The translations under genes and the position numbers were made by a program. A DNA stretch of 64,000 nucleotides from Octopus vulgaris (taxonomy: Eukaryota). How positions within the stretch are numbered: the stretch's first letter is position 1; the number at the start of each line of letters is the position of its first letter. A model generated the notes under the pieces. That model was given only the letters and a program-made list of their open reading frames with translations, did not search any database and was not told the DNA's origin. Below are positions 1 to 11,793 of this stretch, piece by piece. The stretch covers positions 69,688,001 through 69,752,000 of the forward strand of contig OX597832.1 in assembly GCA_951406725.2 (NCBI GenBank), written 5' to 3'.

Positions 1-1094
1 TCTTTCTTGAATGAATAATAAAACATTATCATAATCATGCAGTGAACACTTAATATTATTTTAATCTTTCCAGAAGCTGATGGAAACAATTTCAGAAACG
101 TTTCGGTCTAATTAGAGCTTATATAAAGATATGGAGAGAGAGAGCAACAAAAATCAATCGATAAACTGCTGATTTCACAATATTCATAAGGAAGTAAGAC
201 AGGAAGAATTAAATAATTGAGTAAGCTAGTTATCAGGTAAATGTTTCAAGGGAAAAACCTCTCTGTATTTCCTAACATATGAATACTGTTAACCCTACGA
301 AACAGTCACAACAGCAATAACTGTCACTCTATTCCATTTTGCTTCTACCGGAAGATTAACAGCTCTACGCGCCCATAGAAGTCTCATCAGTCAGAAACCA
401 CGTGCTGACTTGCACCATCTGACAAACATCCTCGTGCAATAAAATCGATTATTTTCTCTAAACTTTTAATATTTCACTTCGAAAGTATCAATGTTTGTTC
501 CTTTTTTGTATGGACAAATACACTAAAGTTGATTAATTATTTTTTCTTATTTTTCACTTAATTGCATATAGTTTGTGGGTTTCATGGTAATTTTGTTGAT
601 TAATTCAAATAGAGACAAACTCTCATTTCAGATGATGTCTTTGAAAGTGTTTTGTCAAATTTATTTCTTGCTTCTAGCCAGAGTATCTGTAAGCTTAAAT
701 CTTCTATGGATTATGTGGATATGTTGCCTGTGAAAGTATGGAGACACATGTTGTTAGCTCAATATATGTTCTCGTTTCTTAACAATTTTGGTGCGTTTAC
801 GGACACCTTAATATGCAACTATGCTACGATTGATTGCACGCATTATAATGCCATTAGTTGTACCAACTTCAATCACACAAATGTCCACAGATGTATGGCC
901 AGGCCCTGACGTCACGTGGACCAGTCAATTTACCTAAGAGTTAAATTGATCCTTTGATTTAAAAATAAACTTGAAAGAACCGGAGACGAGGAGAATAAAC
1001 TGCAAATAAACCGGCAGAGGTCAACGGGAAAACAATGCCAGAAACTGAAAGAATCCTGTCGTGTGTATATATATGTTTGTGTGTTTGTGTATGC

Positions 1095-1155
<61 letters not shown>

Positions 1156-1198
1156 ATTTAGGAATGGTCATTTTGCCAGTTTAGCCAATAATATATAT

Positions 1199-1459
1199 AT
1201 ATTTCCCGTGGCTGCACCGGCGTGATGGTGTATATAGACTCTCAAATGCCGTCTGTTAAACCACCTCAGCGTTATGGATATGCGAGGTAACTCACCCCTT
1301 AATCCTGTGATGGACACCGATGTTTCTCCATTATTGTGGCTTCTCAACATCACTCTTGAAGGGGATTGAGGGTGAGTTATCTCGCCTGTGCATTATTTTC
1401 AGCTGCTTTAATACCTGCCATTAATACTCCACCACGCCATTGTAGCCACTCGAAAATAT
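1199..1459. mobile_element. Fold-back/MITE-like element with long imperfect inverted arms
   Basis: atttcccgtggctgcaccggcgtgatggtgtat pairs with atactccaccacgccattgtagccactcgaaaat; inner gcgaggtaactcacccttaatcc pairs with ggattgagggtgagttatctcgc; TA on both sides. Confidence 0.75.
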
Positions 1460-1519
1460 ACGAGGCACATACATCAGGTATATATTGTTAATAATGTGTG
1501 TGTGTGTATGTGTGTGTGT

Positions 1520-1695
1520 GTCTATCCTTCTCCCGTACCAGCTGGTATTGGTGTGTTTACGTCCCTGTAACCTAGCGGTTCAGCAATAACGATAGCTAAG
1601 CTTAGTAGCAGCCTTTAAATAAAGTACTGGAGTCGATTCATTCGACTAAAATTTCTCCAACGTGGTACCCCAGCATAGCCGCAGTCTAACAGAAA
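1520..1695 (+). mobile_element. SINE family A, 3' part
   Basis: ggtgtgtttacgtccctgtaacctagcggttc...ccccagcatagccgcagtctaa. Confidence 0.75.
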
Positions 1696-2377
1696 AGACC
1701 TCATCATTGTTGGAATCGATATTGTCACCAATCTTAGCACCAACTTTACAACTGATCATATTTGATCCGAAACCACTGTTTTTGCAGCCTACCATATCAA
1801 TAACTTTGTTTTAAGGCACACAACTTATTCCATATTTTCGGGGTTTTACTTATTATTGTCTAGCATACTAATTTTTTCCTCGAAATTTGAATTCATTTAA
1901 CCAATTCTTATTTATTCATAAGTCATTAGCTCTTAAATAGATTGAAATATCTTGCTATAATTAGGTCTTCAACATTTTAATGTTCTGAGATTACACATCT
2001 TCGATTTTTACTTTAATATATTTCGCTTGATGTCTCAGCATTATAATTTCTCTTCACTTACTTTATTGCTTAATTCCCGCTCCAGTCGCAGATGTTTCTT
2101 GTAATTTCTATCAATATTTATTACCCCTGATACAACCTTTTCTCTTGCATAAACTAATTGCTGTACTCTTCTATGTTTATGCGTGGTCTTGATAGAGAGG
2201 AAATTTAAGATCATATTAGTTGACGGTATTTAAATATTTTTGATTTAGCTTAACCCTAACTGAAGTTTTTTTTTAATTATTAACTTGTCTTTATTTCTAG
2301 AGGGATAAATCCTTCAATAAAGTTTCATTTTCTTCTCCTTCTTAAAGAAAATATATACACAGAGAAGAAAAAAAACT

Positions 2378-2560
2378 GAACTGGCAGAATCGTTGGCAAT
2401 ATTTCGTACAATTTCAAAATCTGCTGAGGTCGACTTTGTCTTTAATCTTTTTCTGATCGATGAAATAAGTACCTGTCAAGTACTGGGATTCATGCAGTTT
2501 AATATTCCCTTCTCTGAAACACTGCAGGCATTCAGCCAAAATTTGAAAATATTATTATTA
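2378..2560 (+). mobile_element. SINE family B, diverged
   Basis: gaactggcagaatcgtt...gaggtcgactttg. Confidence 0.7.
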
Positions 2561-2689
2561 TATTATATTTTGTCTTTGCTTTAATTTAGACAAGTTGCAC
2601 CCAAGTCACGACCAGGGACGTCAAGGGACAAGGTTTTGCACTACCCTTGAATTGAGGCCAATGAACTAAATCTGAGAAGTGCTTGTTAC

Positions 2690-2900
2690 TAGTTCTGATT
2701 ACTGCTTCAACAGGTTGGAGCGTCTCTTATTCAGATTCTTTTGGAAGGGACGAGTTCCACTGGTCAAGTGGTCATTCTGTTGCCAGCTTCAACTGAATGG
2801 CGAATCAGGTATGCCGTGGCTCCTAATGCGAAGACAGACTTTTAGGTTACACCACGATTTTTGGACGATGAGCATGTGCAGGCTCCGTTTGTGAGGCTTG
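2690..2900 (+). mobile_element. Tx1/L1-clade LINE ORF2 fragment (post-RT region)
   Basis: RLERLLFRFFWKGRVPLVKWSFCCQLQLNGESGMPWLLMRR resembles the L1/Tx1 'F.W.G...V....L..P...GGLG.P' motif. Confidence 0.75.
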
Positions 2901-2914
2901 TCTTTCTGCAGCGT

Positions 2915-2935
2915 TAGGAAACTGAAAGAAGCCTG

Positions 2936-3014
<79 letters not shown>

Positions 3015-3185
3015 TGTGTGTGTGTGTGTCTATGTATGTATGTATATGTATATGTATACGTATATGTTTGTGTTTGTCCTTCCCCCATCGCTTGACAACC
3101 GATGCTGGTGTGTTTACGTCCCCGTCACTTAGCGATTTGGCTAAAGTGACTGATACTACAAGGCTTAAAATAATAAAAGAATAAA
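2915..3185 (+). mobile_element. SINE family A, 3' half
   Basis: ggaaactgaaagaagcc, microsatellite, then catcgcttgacaaccgatgctggtgtgtttacgtccccgtcacttagcg. Confidence 0.8.
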
Positions 3186-3283
3186 AGAATTAGAATTGTA
3201 ATTATTTCCATTCTTAAAGTGTCAGAATCGATAGACGAACGGGCTGCAATAGGTTTGTGCAATATTTACTCTCCTTAAGGAAT

Positions 3284-3490
3284 CGAGCTGGCAGAAACGT
3301 TAGCACGCCGGCCGAAATGTATGGCGATATTTCGTTTGTCTTTACGTTCTGAGTTCAAATTCCGCCGAGTAGACTTTGTCTTTTATCATTTCGGGGTCGA
3401 TAAACCAAGTACCAGTTGCGTAGTTGGATAGATCTATTCGACTGTCCCCTTCCCCCAAACTTTCGAGCCTTGTGCCTAGAGTAGAAAAGA
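3284..3490 (+). mobile_element. SINE family B
   Basis: gagctggcagaaacgttagcacgccgg...gagttcaaattccgccga (B-box-like)...ttcggggtcgataaa...ccttgtgcctagagtagaa. Confidence 0.85.
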
Positions 3491-3843
3491 AAGTTTACTC
3501 ACCTTTGATTTAGATCATTAGTCCTAATCTCTTCAGGTTCGATAACTCAATATACCGCCATGCACAAATCGATTCCGTCGACTGGGACCTCAAATATTGT
3601 TAGGTTTATTCCGTCCTTTGTATCCAATTTCAAGGCAAATCTACTAAATCTACTCATGAGCGCTGCAGCCCTTTTCCCTTTCATTAAACTACATCTCCCG
3701 TCCTGCTCCCCACCAAAAGTATTAAGATCCTTTCTGTTGACTTTATAAGTCATTCTCATTACCATCATCACCATCATTGTTTTATTAGTCGCCTCCTCAA
3801 CCGCAAACTCGATCTTACAACAACAACAACAACAACAACAACA

Positions 3844-3887
<44 letters not shown>

Positions 3888-4054
3888 ATCATATTACAAC
3901 ATGCTCGCATTTTCGCTCACGAAACCCCGAAGCTATATAACTGACAACAATTCCAGCTTCTAAAGCTCTGTTTTGTATGTAGATCGCTTTCAAACATTTG
4001 CGTTCCTTTGTTAACAGCTGATAGCTATTTCACTCTCCGCACACCCCCGCATTC

Positions 4055-4279
4055 GCTCTCCCTCTCTCTATGCCCGTTGCTCTCTCTCTCTCATTCTCTC
4101 TTTCTCTCTTTCTCTTCCTCCCTCTCTTTCTTCCTCTGTCTATTCCATCTCTCTCTCTTCCATTCTCTCTTTCTCTCTTTCTCTTCCTCCCTCTCTTTCT
4201 TCTTCTGTCTATTCCCTCTCTCTCTCTCATTCTCTCTTTCTCTCTTTCTCTTCCTCCCTCTCTGTCTGCCTCTGTCTAT

Positions 4280-4315
<36 letters not shown>

Positions 4316-4460
4316 CACCTCTCTCTCTTATCCCCACCACACAATCTTACTGACCTGTTACAACTTTCTTCATATTTGTTGCTGCACATCTTCCTTTCTT
4401 ACTCTCTCTCTCTCGCCATCATAGTCCTTCCTTCTCTGTCTCAGTCTCCCTCTCTCTCTC
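4055..4460. repeat. Polypyrimidine (CT-rich) tract with a ~60-bp higher-order unit x3
   Basis: cattctctctttctctctttctcttcctccctctct recurs at ~4091, ~4161, ~4228. Confidence 0.85.
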
Positions 4461-4900
4461 AATCACACACACAAACATTTTTCTCTCACTCTGTCTGTCT
4501 GTATGTCTCTCTGCCTCACACACACATTTTTCTTTCTCCGATCTTTCTCTTACACAATTTCGTTAGTTCCTCTCCATGCTTCAGTCATATATATACGAGT
4601 GTGCGTATATGTATGTATGCATGTGTGTACCTATATGTGTGTGTGTGTATACAGGCAAATTTATATGTACATGTATATATACATATATGTGTATATATAT
4701 ATATATATATATACGTATATATGTATGTATATATACGTATTATGTATATATATATACGTATATGTGTATGTATATGTTTTTACGTCTATTTGTGAGTGTG
4801 CGTGTCAGTGTTTATGTGTCGGTGTTTATGTGTCGATGCTTGTGTGTGCGTGTGTGTGTCTGTGTGTGTGTGTCTGTCTGTCTGTCTGTCTCTGTCTCTC

Positions 4901-4935
<35 letters not shown>

Positions 4936-5077
4936 GCGCGTACGTGTGTGTACTCAGCGCTACTGATACGATCGTGCTAAAATATATATGAACGCTTCAA
5001 GTGTTTCGTGACTAAAATGACGATCTGTAATTCCAGCGCAGGCACCATATTTTCTTTTACGACAAGCTTTAAGCACA

Positions 5078-5130
<53 letters not shown>

Positions 5131-7179
5131 CACACACATACAATCATGCACACACATACACACATAAATAGACATAGAAGAAAAATATATTCGCTCGTGT
5201 CTTTCGTGCAAAACATAGTGGTGGTGGTGGTGGTTACAATCACTGGAATAAGGATGTCACGAAATGCGTAGAGTGATGTATTATATTCAATTACAATAAA
5301 ACCCCATTATATAACTGGTACTTTGTTACATTGAAATCCCGGAAGAAGGATGACTAGCAGAAGTTGAACTCCCGCCCGCGACCATCGCTACTAATTCTCA
5401 CCAAAATTTTTGTTGTAATGAAAATATACAAACTTCGTTGTTGTATTTGGTTTGCAAGATTCTTGATGTAAATTCGTGTATTGAAACAATTCTATTTGTA
5501 CCTTTGGACGGTCATTATATCAATAATAATAATAAACACACGCACTAGTTAAGTATCAACTTTTTATATTTCATCAATTGGTTAAATACCTAACCGATTG
5601 AATAACAATAAAGAAGTAGTATTGAACCTGTGCGTGTCTTTTTAATATTATTGGCGTAATGAGCTTCCCTAGACGCGACAACATATACAGACATTTACCA
5701 GTTAAGTAATGGTTGTTCCTAATATAGGCAATCCAGCTGCTCTTATCGACAACAAAGACAATTTCTGATTTGGCCAGAAATTTTGAGATGTCAATATTTT
5801 CGATTCTAGTAATTGATTAGAACTTATTTCGTTGATCACCGAAGGATGAAAGGCAAACTTTATCATGGCCCGATTTTATCTCTGAACGTTAATAGACGGA
5901 AGTAACACCACAAGACATTTTCTCCGATATTCTAACGTATTTGCCCATCCATGGCCTTCTATTTAAAAATAGTGAAAGGAAGTATTACAAATAATTTGGC
6001 AGTATTGAATGCAAAGATTCAGTTTTCGGTGACACATAAATGCTGGATACATAGCAATGTAATATCAATTAGAGGTCTCTATACCGAAATACAGGTCGGT
6101 ACCAAACAGTCGTATGATCAAAAGGCCTGCCATTTGTGAGTTTTTTATATTTTTGCTGGTACATATCACTGCATAATCATTAATTTTGACACGTGCGTGG
6201 TCTGAGTGTTGTGGGATGTTGAAATATGTCTTGTGTTGCGTATAGTCCGCCGGGTTTTCCAGGAATACGATACTGGACACGGGTGTATGGCTTCAGCAAT
6301 ATTCTTCACTTATATTTAGCATATCCAATAAACTCATATACATACACCTGACAGGAGCTTTACGCTGCTGTTAGCTATAGAAATATTATGCTCCCCGTGC
6401 AAACACTATTGGCTCTTTCAGTGATATTCTGGATGACAACAAACGTGAGAAGAAAATAGAGAACGAGATAACAAAAATAATCATTCATATTTAGACATTC
6501 GATCTAAATCGTCAAAACGTTACCGTGGATGCAGATAGACTTGATACTCCAGAATCTACAATCCATAAATACACTCTTCTGTTGCCATGAGACGACGAAA
6601 TCATTCAACAACTAAAACATTCGTTTCTCCTTCGCCAACCAGCTTACTGAGCTTGTCTTTTCTTCTCATACACTCATGTATAAACGGTGTTAGATATTTT
6701 CGGATTTCACAAGGTTGTGTAAATTCATTTATGTAATAAATGAATGAATATATAATTCAACCTTCTACTTTCTCTGTCACTCTCTACAGGAACATTAGAA
6801 CATAAAATATCCGCCGCACAGAGTAATATATTAAGACATGTAGAAAATATCGATTGAATCAGAAGGCCAAGAACAGAATCTATTGCACAGATTGTTTTAT
6901 TCTATAATAAACACAGAAAAGGAATAGAGAGAGTTTAACTTTGCCAAAAGCAGCTTGGTTTGACTGTGACATGTCCAGTTGGCAAAATATTGTTATTGGT
7001 AACATAAAAGGGCTTCAATTTTGGGCCTCAAGTAATAGAGAAATGATGTGGAACACAAGTGAACGACGCAGTCTTCAAAAAGGCGGAAATATATACATAT
7101 AAATAAATATGTACATACACATACATATACATTTACATAGATATATACATACATAGGCATTTTTATGTGTGAATATATG

Positions 7180-7226
<47 letters not shown>

Positions 7227-7292
7227 TATATGTGTATGTATATATATGTATATATATATATATATGCATATATATGTGTGTGTATATGGGTG

Positions 7293-7338
<46 letters not shown>

Positions 7339-7440
7339 CAAGAATATAGATATATATAGAGAAATGTATACAGACACATATATATATATTGAGGGCGTGT
7401 GCATAAATATGCGTGCACGAGTGGATATCTATATGAAGGA

Positions 7441-7511
<71 letters not shown>

Positions 7512-7538
7512 AAAAGGAGATGTGGAACACGAGTTGTG

Positions 7539-7873
7539 ATATATAAAAAGGGAAATGAAGAAAATGCTGACAAAATAATTTAAGTAATTTAAGTAATTTA
7601 ATTAGGTGAAAGTTCTTTTTACCGGTTGCGCATTTGTTATGCTTATCAAAATATGTTTTTTTAAGAGAGATAGAGTTACTTTCTGATAGATTTTTTTCCT
7701 CTTATCTGATAAGAGGGAAAAATCTATCAGAAAGTAACTCTATCTCTCTTAAAAAACATCTTTTGATAAGCATAACAAATGCGCAACCGGTAAAAAGAAC
7801 TTTCACCTAATTAAATTACTTAAATTACTTAAATTATTTTGTCAGCATTTTCTTCATTTCCTTTTTTATATAT
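7539..7873. repeat. ~335-bp near-perfect spacerless palindrome
   Basis: Arms are reverse complements around T7707 (cttatc-t-gataag) with only a few mismatches and an indel; flanked by TA repeats. Confidence 0.95.
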
Positions 7874-7881
7874 ATATAAAT

Positions 7882-8013
7882 ATTTATTTTGTAGAAGGAG
7901 CTTCTACAGAACTAGGACTGGTTCATTCAAAAGAAATCATCAGGAAGCTTGCTGATGATTTCTTTTGAATGAAACAGTCCTAGTTCTGTAGAAGCTCCTT
8001 CTACAAAATAAAT
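7882..8013. repeat. 132-bp palindrome centred on AAGCTT, two mismatches
   Basis: tttattttgtagaaggagcttctacagaactaggactg...cagtcctagttctgtagaagctccttctacaaaataaa; centre 7947/7948. Confidence 0.95.
7946..7996 (+). ncRNA. Type I hammerhead ribozyme motif in right arm of a palindrome
   Basis: AGCTTG-CTGATGA(7952-7958)-T-TTC-TTTT-GAA-T-GAAA(7971-7974); stem III ACAG/CTGT; GUA cleavage triplet (after 7990); GAAGCT closes stem I; AATAAA at 8007-8012. Confidence 0.8.
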
Positions 8014-9156
8014 TAATTTACTCTGCTATGTATTGAGTACCATATTTACTGTGGTTAACCCCGACTCAACCCGGGACCTACATATATATATATATATATA
8101 TATATACAAAGACACTAAGGATGCAAGTGAAACATTTGGGGTGTGTATATATATATATATAAAGAAGCATTGGGGGGGGGGGGGGCGCACGCATATGTAA
8201 GTGTGTGTGGTTGTGAACATGTATGTGCATTCATACGTTTGTGAATGAGGAATGTAAATGAGAGCGCATGTGCGTGAGAAGGAACGCTGCAACCAACCCA
8301 TGCTTTGAGTAAAAGCAATCTGGAAAGTAATGAAATATTATTTGTGCAGAATAGTCTGTTTTGTTATGTAGAGAGCAATGACGTAGAATGACTCGTTCTC
8401 CAAGACTGACGGAGCCATGTTAATTGTGCATCAACACTTGTAGAAATGGGCGTGAGACTGTAAGAAGATTTGGTTATAAAATTGCAATGAGTGGTGAAGC
8501 CGGAAGAATAGAATAAAAAAATAAATGTTTGAAGTAACAAAATGGTCAAGAAGTAAGAAATGGAAAGGCTGTGGTCAAATATTTGAGAGGAGGAATCATG
8601 TGAGGAATTAAGAACAGATGAGGGGAAAAGGAAAATGGGAGGAAGTTAAGAGGAGATAGTTGCTCTGTGATGGGTAAAGGATAGCAGTGGAGAGTTAGCG
8701 CTGGAACTGCTGGCTGCCTGATTACGCCACAGTAAACATACGCATTCGCGCACTCACTCATACTCATGTGTACACCCATCACACCTGTAAGCGTCAACGT
8801 AAGAATTTTATGCAAACTTTTGTTTGCAAGCCACAGCTGAGCGTGTGTCTACATTACATTGACTTTGCTCTGGAAGGAAGTATATACACAAATATGTATA
8901 AATGCCGAAGAATGCTCGCATAAAGACCGTTTTTGTATGCGCATGCATTTTTGTATATATGAGCAACGCATGTATCTAGACATGCTGTAGGTGTGCAAGG
9001 TTATACTCATACCCACGAGGAGAACTAAAAGAACACGAACGAAACAAGAAATAAAAAGCAAAGATGGGAACAAAGGGAAAAGAAGTCTCCCTCTTTTCCT
9101 TTTCGTCCCTTTCTTTTCTATACATGAACGCGTACACTATATATATATATATATAC

Positions 9157-9530
9157 AAAATGGGACAAGAACGCAAAACACCCAGACAGTTAGGTGATAC
9201 AAAAATGGGACGACAAAACATACAGATAGACGATACAAAGAAAATAAGTACGGGTCATTCGGAGATTTCTTTCCTCAGTCGAGTTCCAGATTATCTTTGC
9301 AATTTCGGCTGGTTATACATCGAGATTGCACCAATCTGGCCAGCCCCAAGGAAAAACTAAGCTAAGAGCATTAGATTCCTTGGAAGAAAGCAGCGAATGT
9401 ATACGAAAACAAGGACGGAAAAAAACGGAGAAGGTTACACAAATACAAATAACAGGACATAACAACAGGTGTCTTTCGACTAATGACGAATTAAATTAAG
9501 CTGGCGTGTGTGACGATTTCGCAGGCACAG
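9157..9530. repeat. Repeat-like island abutting (TA)n, possibly a PLE terminal remnant
   Basis: Starts at a TA tract; internal ~46-bp duplication (aaaatgggac..aaaaca..cagatag); structured core 9286-9345. Family assignment unverified. Confidence 0.45.
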
Positions 9531-9905
9531 GGAAGAATATAGATTGTTTGTAGTACATACATGAAACCGCTTACAAGAATAGAGATTAATGTATAATTTG
9601 TCTATGTTCATAAGTCTTTGTTTACAATATTGAAAGATGCCACCAAAGAAAAGATGTAATCTCTCCAGAAAAAACTATAAAGCAAAGAGGATTGTAGAAA
9701 ACCGAAGTTGAGAGTCTGAAGAGAGAAAGGAGAAAGAGAGAGAAAGCAAACACATGCTGCAGCATGTCAAGTGGTGCCTCAAGAGAGAAGGGAGATGAGA
9801 CTTTCTCTAGATTAGCAAAGACATGCTGCAGCACATCAAATAGAGTCTCAAGACAGAAGCGGAGGGACCCATCTCTATAAGAAGTTTATATCCTCAAATT
9901 GATTG

Positions 9906-9943
<38 letters not shown>

Positions 9944-10589
9944 GTGTCGATTTATTTGTGTGAACACTTCTATGCAGTGCCACAGCATGACCGCACTTTA
10001 GTGACTGAAATAAGTGAAACAAAATCAGCATAGTTTTGAATAATTTCAGAGAAATTTATTTACTATTTTATGGCGGAGGTTCAAGTGACGACGGGAAGCT
10101 CAGCGGAGTACTTTTTTACTACCGCAGCTGTACTATTTTACGTTGATGTCAATAAACTGCAATCCCTTCATCAGAGTTGAAGTGAAATGTTGTTTTATGG
10201 AGCTGAAAGTCAGCTGCAATCGTAAAATATTGAAAGAAAATTATTAGAAACTGATTTAAAATGGCTTCATTCTATTGTTTGTTCCACAGACAATTCTTAA
10301 CTTCGTCTTTCCAATGTGTTTTATCGAAACGTTTCTCGATGTTATGAAGAAAATTAACAATTCAAGTATACAATATAGCATTATATTTTTGATATTCATT
10401 TCCACAAAGGACAGCATGTTTCTTAAATTTTCATGGGGAGCGAGAGTTAATATTTGGAAGTTATATTTTTTTAAACTGGTTGTATCCATCATAGCGCTAT
10501 TTTAGGTTCTTCGTCATAAAATACACTTCCATATCAAAATAACACAGATAATCGATAAGCATACGCCTTTTTTTTAATTATCTACCTTC

Positions 10590-10978
10590 ATGTTAGTGAG
10601 TGAAGAAACTCACTTTGCAACCATGTGCATTCAGATTCAGTTCCTCTTCACAGCACCTCAGTCAAATGTTTTCTATTATGGCTCTAGGCCGACCGGTGTG
10701 TTGTGAGATAACTTGGTAGATGGAAACTGTGTGGAAACCTGTCGTAAATGTGTATATATGTCAATGACTCTGCACATGTCTTGCGCTGGTGTTTATCTCA
10801 CACCATCGCTTGACAACCGACGTTGGTTTGTTTACGCTCAATAATTCAGCAGTTTGGCAAATGAGATGAATAGGATAAGACCCTGACTTTAAAAATATAT
10901 GTACTAGAATAGATTACACCCTGCAAGGTCGATCCCCAGCATGGCCGCAGTCTTATCACTAAAACAAGTTAAAAGATA
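10590..10978 (+). mobile_element. SINE family A, diverged
   Basis: Colinear similarity to 62420-62819 (atcgcttgacaaccga, cagcatggccgcagtc). Confidence 0.8.
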
Positions 10979-11026
10979 ATAGTCAAACTTACACCGAACA
11001 CGTTTCATTATTATGTCTTATATTAA

Positions 11027-11460
11027 GGTGGCTTGCTGTCAGAATCGTTAGCACGCCGGTCGTCTGACGCTATGTTCTGAGTTCAAATTACGCCGAGGTC
11101 GACTTTGTGTTTCATTCTTTCAGTGTCGATACATTAAGTACCAGTCAAGTAATGGGGTCATTCTTTCGGGGTCGATAAGTTAAGTAACAGTCAAGTGTTG
11201 GGGGTCGACTTACCCTTCCCCCAAAATATCTGACCTTGTGCCTATAGATTATTTCTTTAAAGAAGATGGGAAAAAATTGGCGGGATCGTTAAAATGACAT
11301 TGAGTTGAAGATCATTAATTTCTGAGTTCAAATCTTGCTAGGCTCTCCTTAGCCTTTCCTCATTCCTGCATTGTTAAAATAGATACCAGTCACGTACCAT
11401 GGTCTATTCAATTGACTAATTTCTTCTAACAAGATTTATGGCTGTGTATGTTTCTTAGAA
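11027..11460 (+). mobile_element. Two consecutive SINE family B copies; the first has a ~35-bp internal duplication
   Basis: Two ttctgagttcaaat boxes; tcattctttc..gtcgata..ttaagta.cagtcaagt repeated. Confidence 0.75.
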
Positions 11461-11599
11461 ATGTTTATTACTCTTTAAATGAGTAAATAAAAATAGGCAA
11501 TACCGACTGAAAGGAGATCATATTGAGTAAAGTAGCCCAAGACACAACTTTCTAAAACCAAACTGGTTGGTCACACCTGAAGCGCCATTGATTTTATAG

Positions 11600-11793
11600 C
11601 TGCTCCATCTCACGGCCGTTCTTGCAGTAAACATCAGCAGTAACAATAGTAACCAGTTCCCTCTGTTGTCCATCTTCCTACATTGTTACGATCGACAGGT
11701 TTAGTGTTCCGTGTAAAGTCCTTTATGTGGCTCGTTTGTTCGGAAAAATAAACGAAATTAAAACATTGTACGAAGAAAAACATCGAGATGGAA
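11600..11793 (+). other. Candidate exon (5'UTR-like, ends ATG GAA|gtaagt)
   Basis: attttatag acceptor at 11599, consensus gtaagt donor at 11794, non-repetitive sequence. Confidence 0.3.

Noticed and set aside
70-120. CTGATGG...GAAAC...GTC hammerhead-like string
   Set aside because: Core mismatch and no stem I pairing next to the putative cleavage site.
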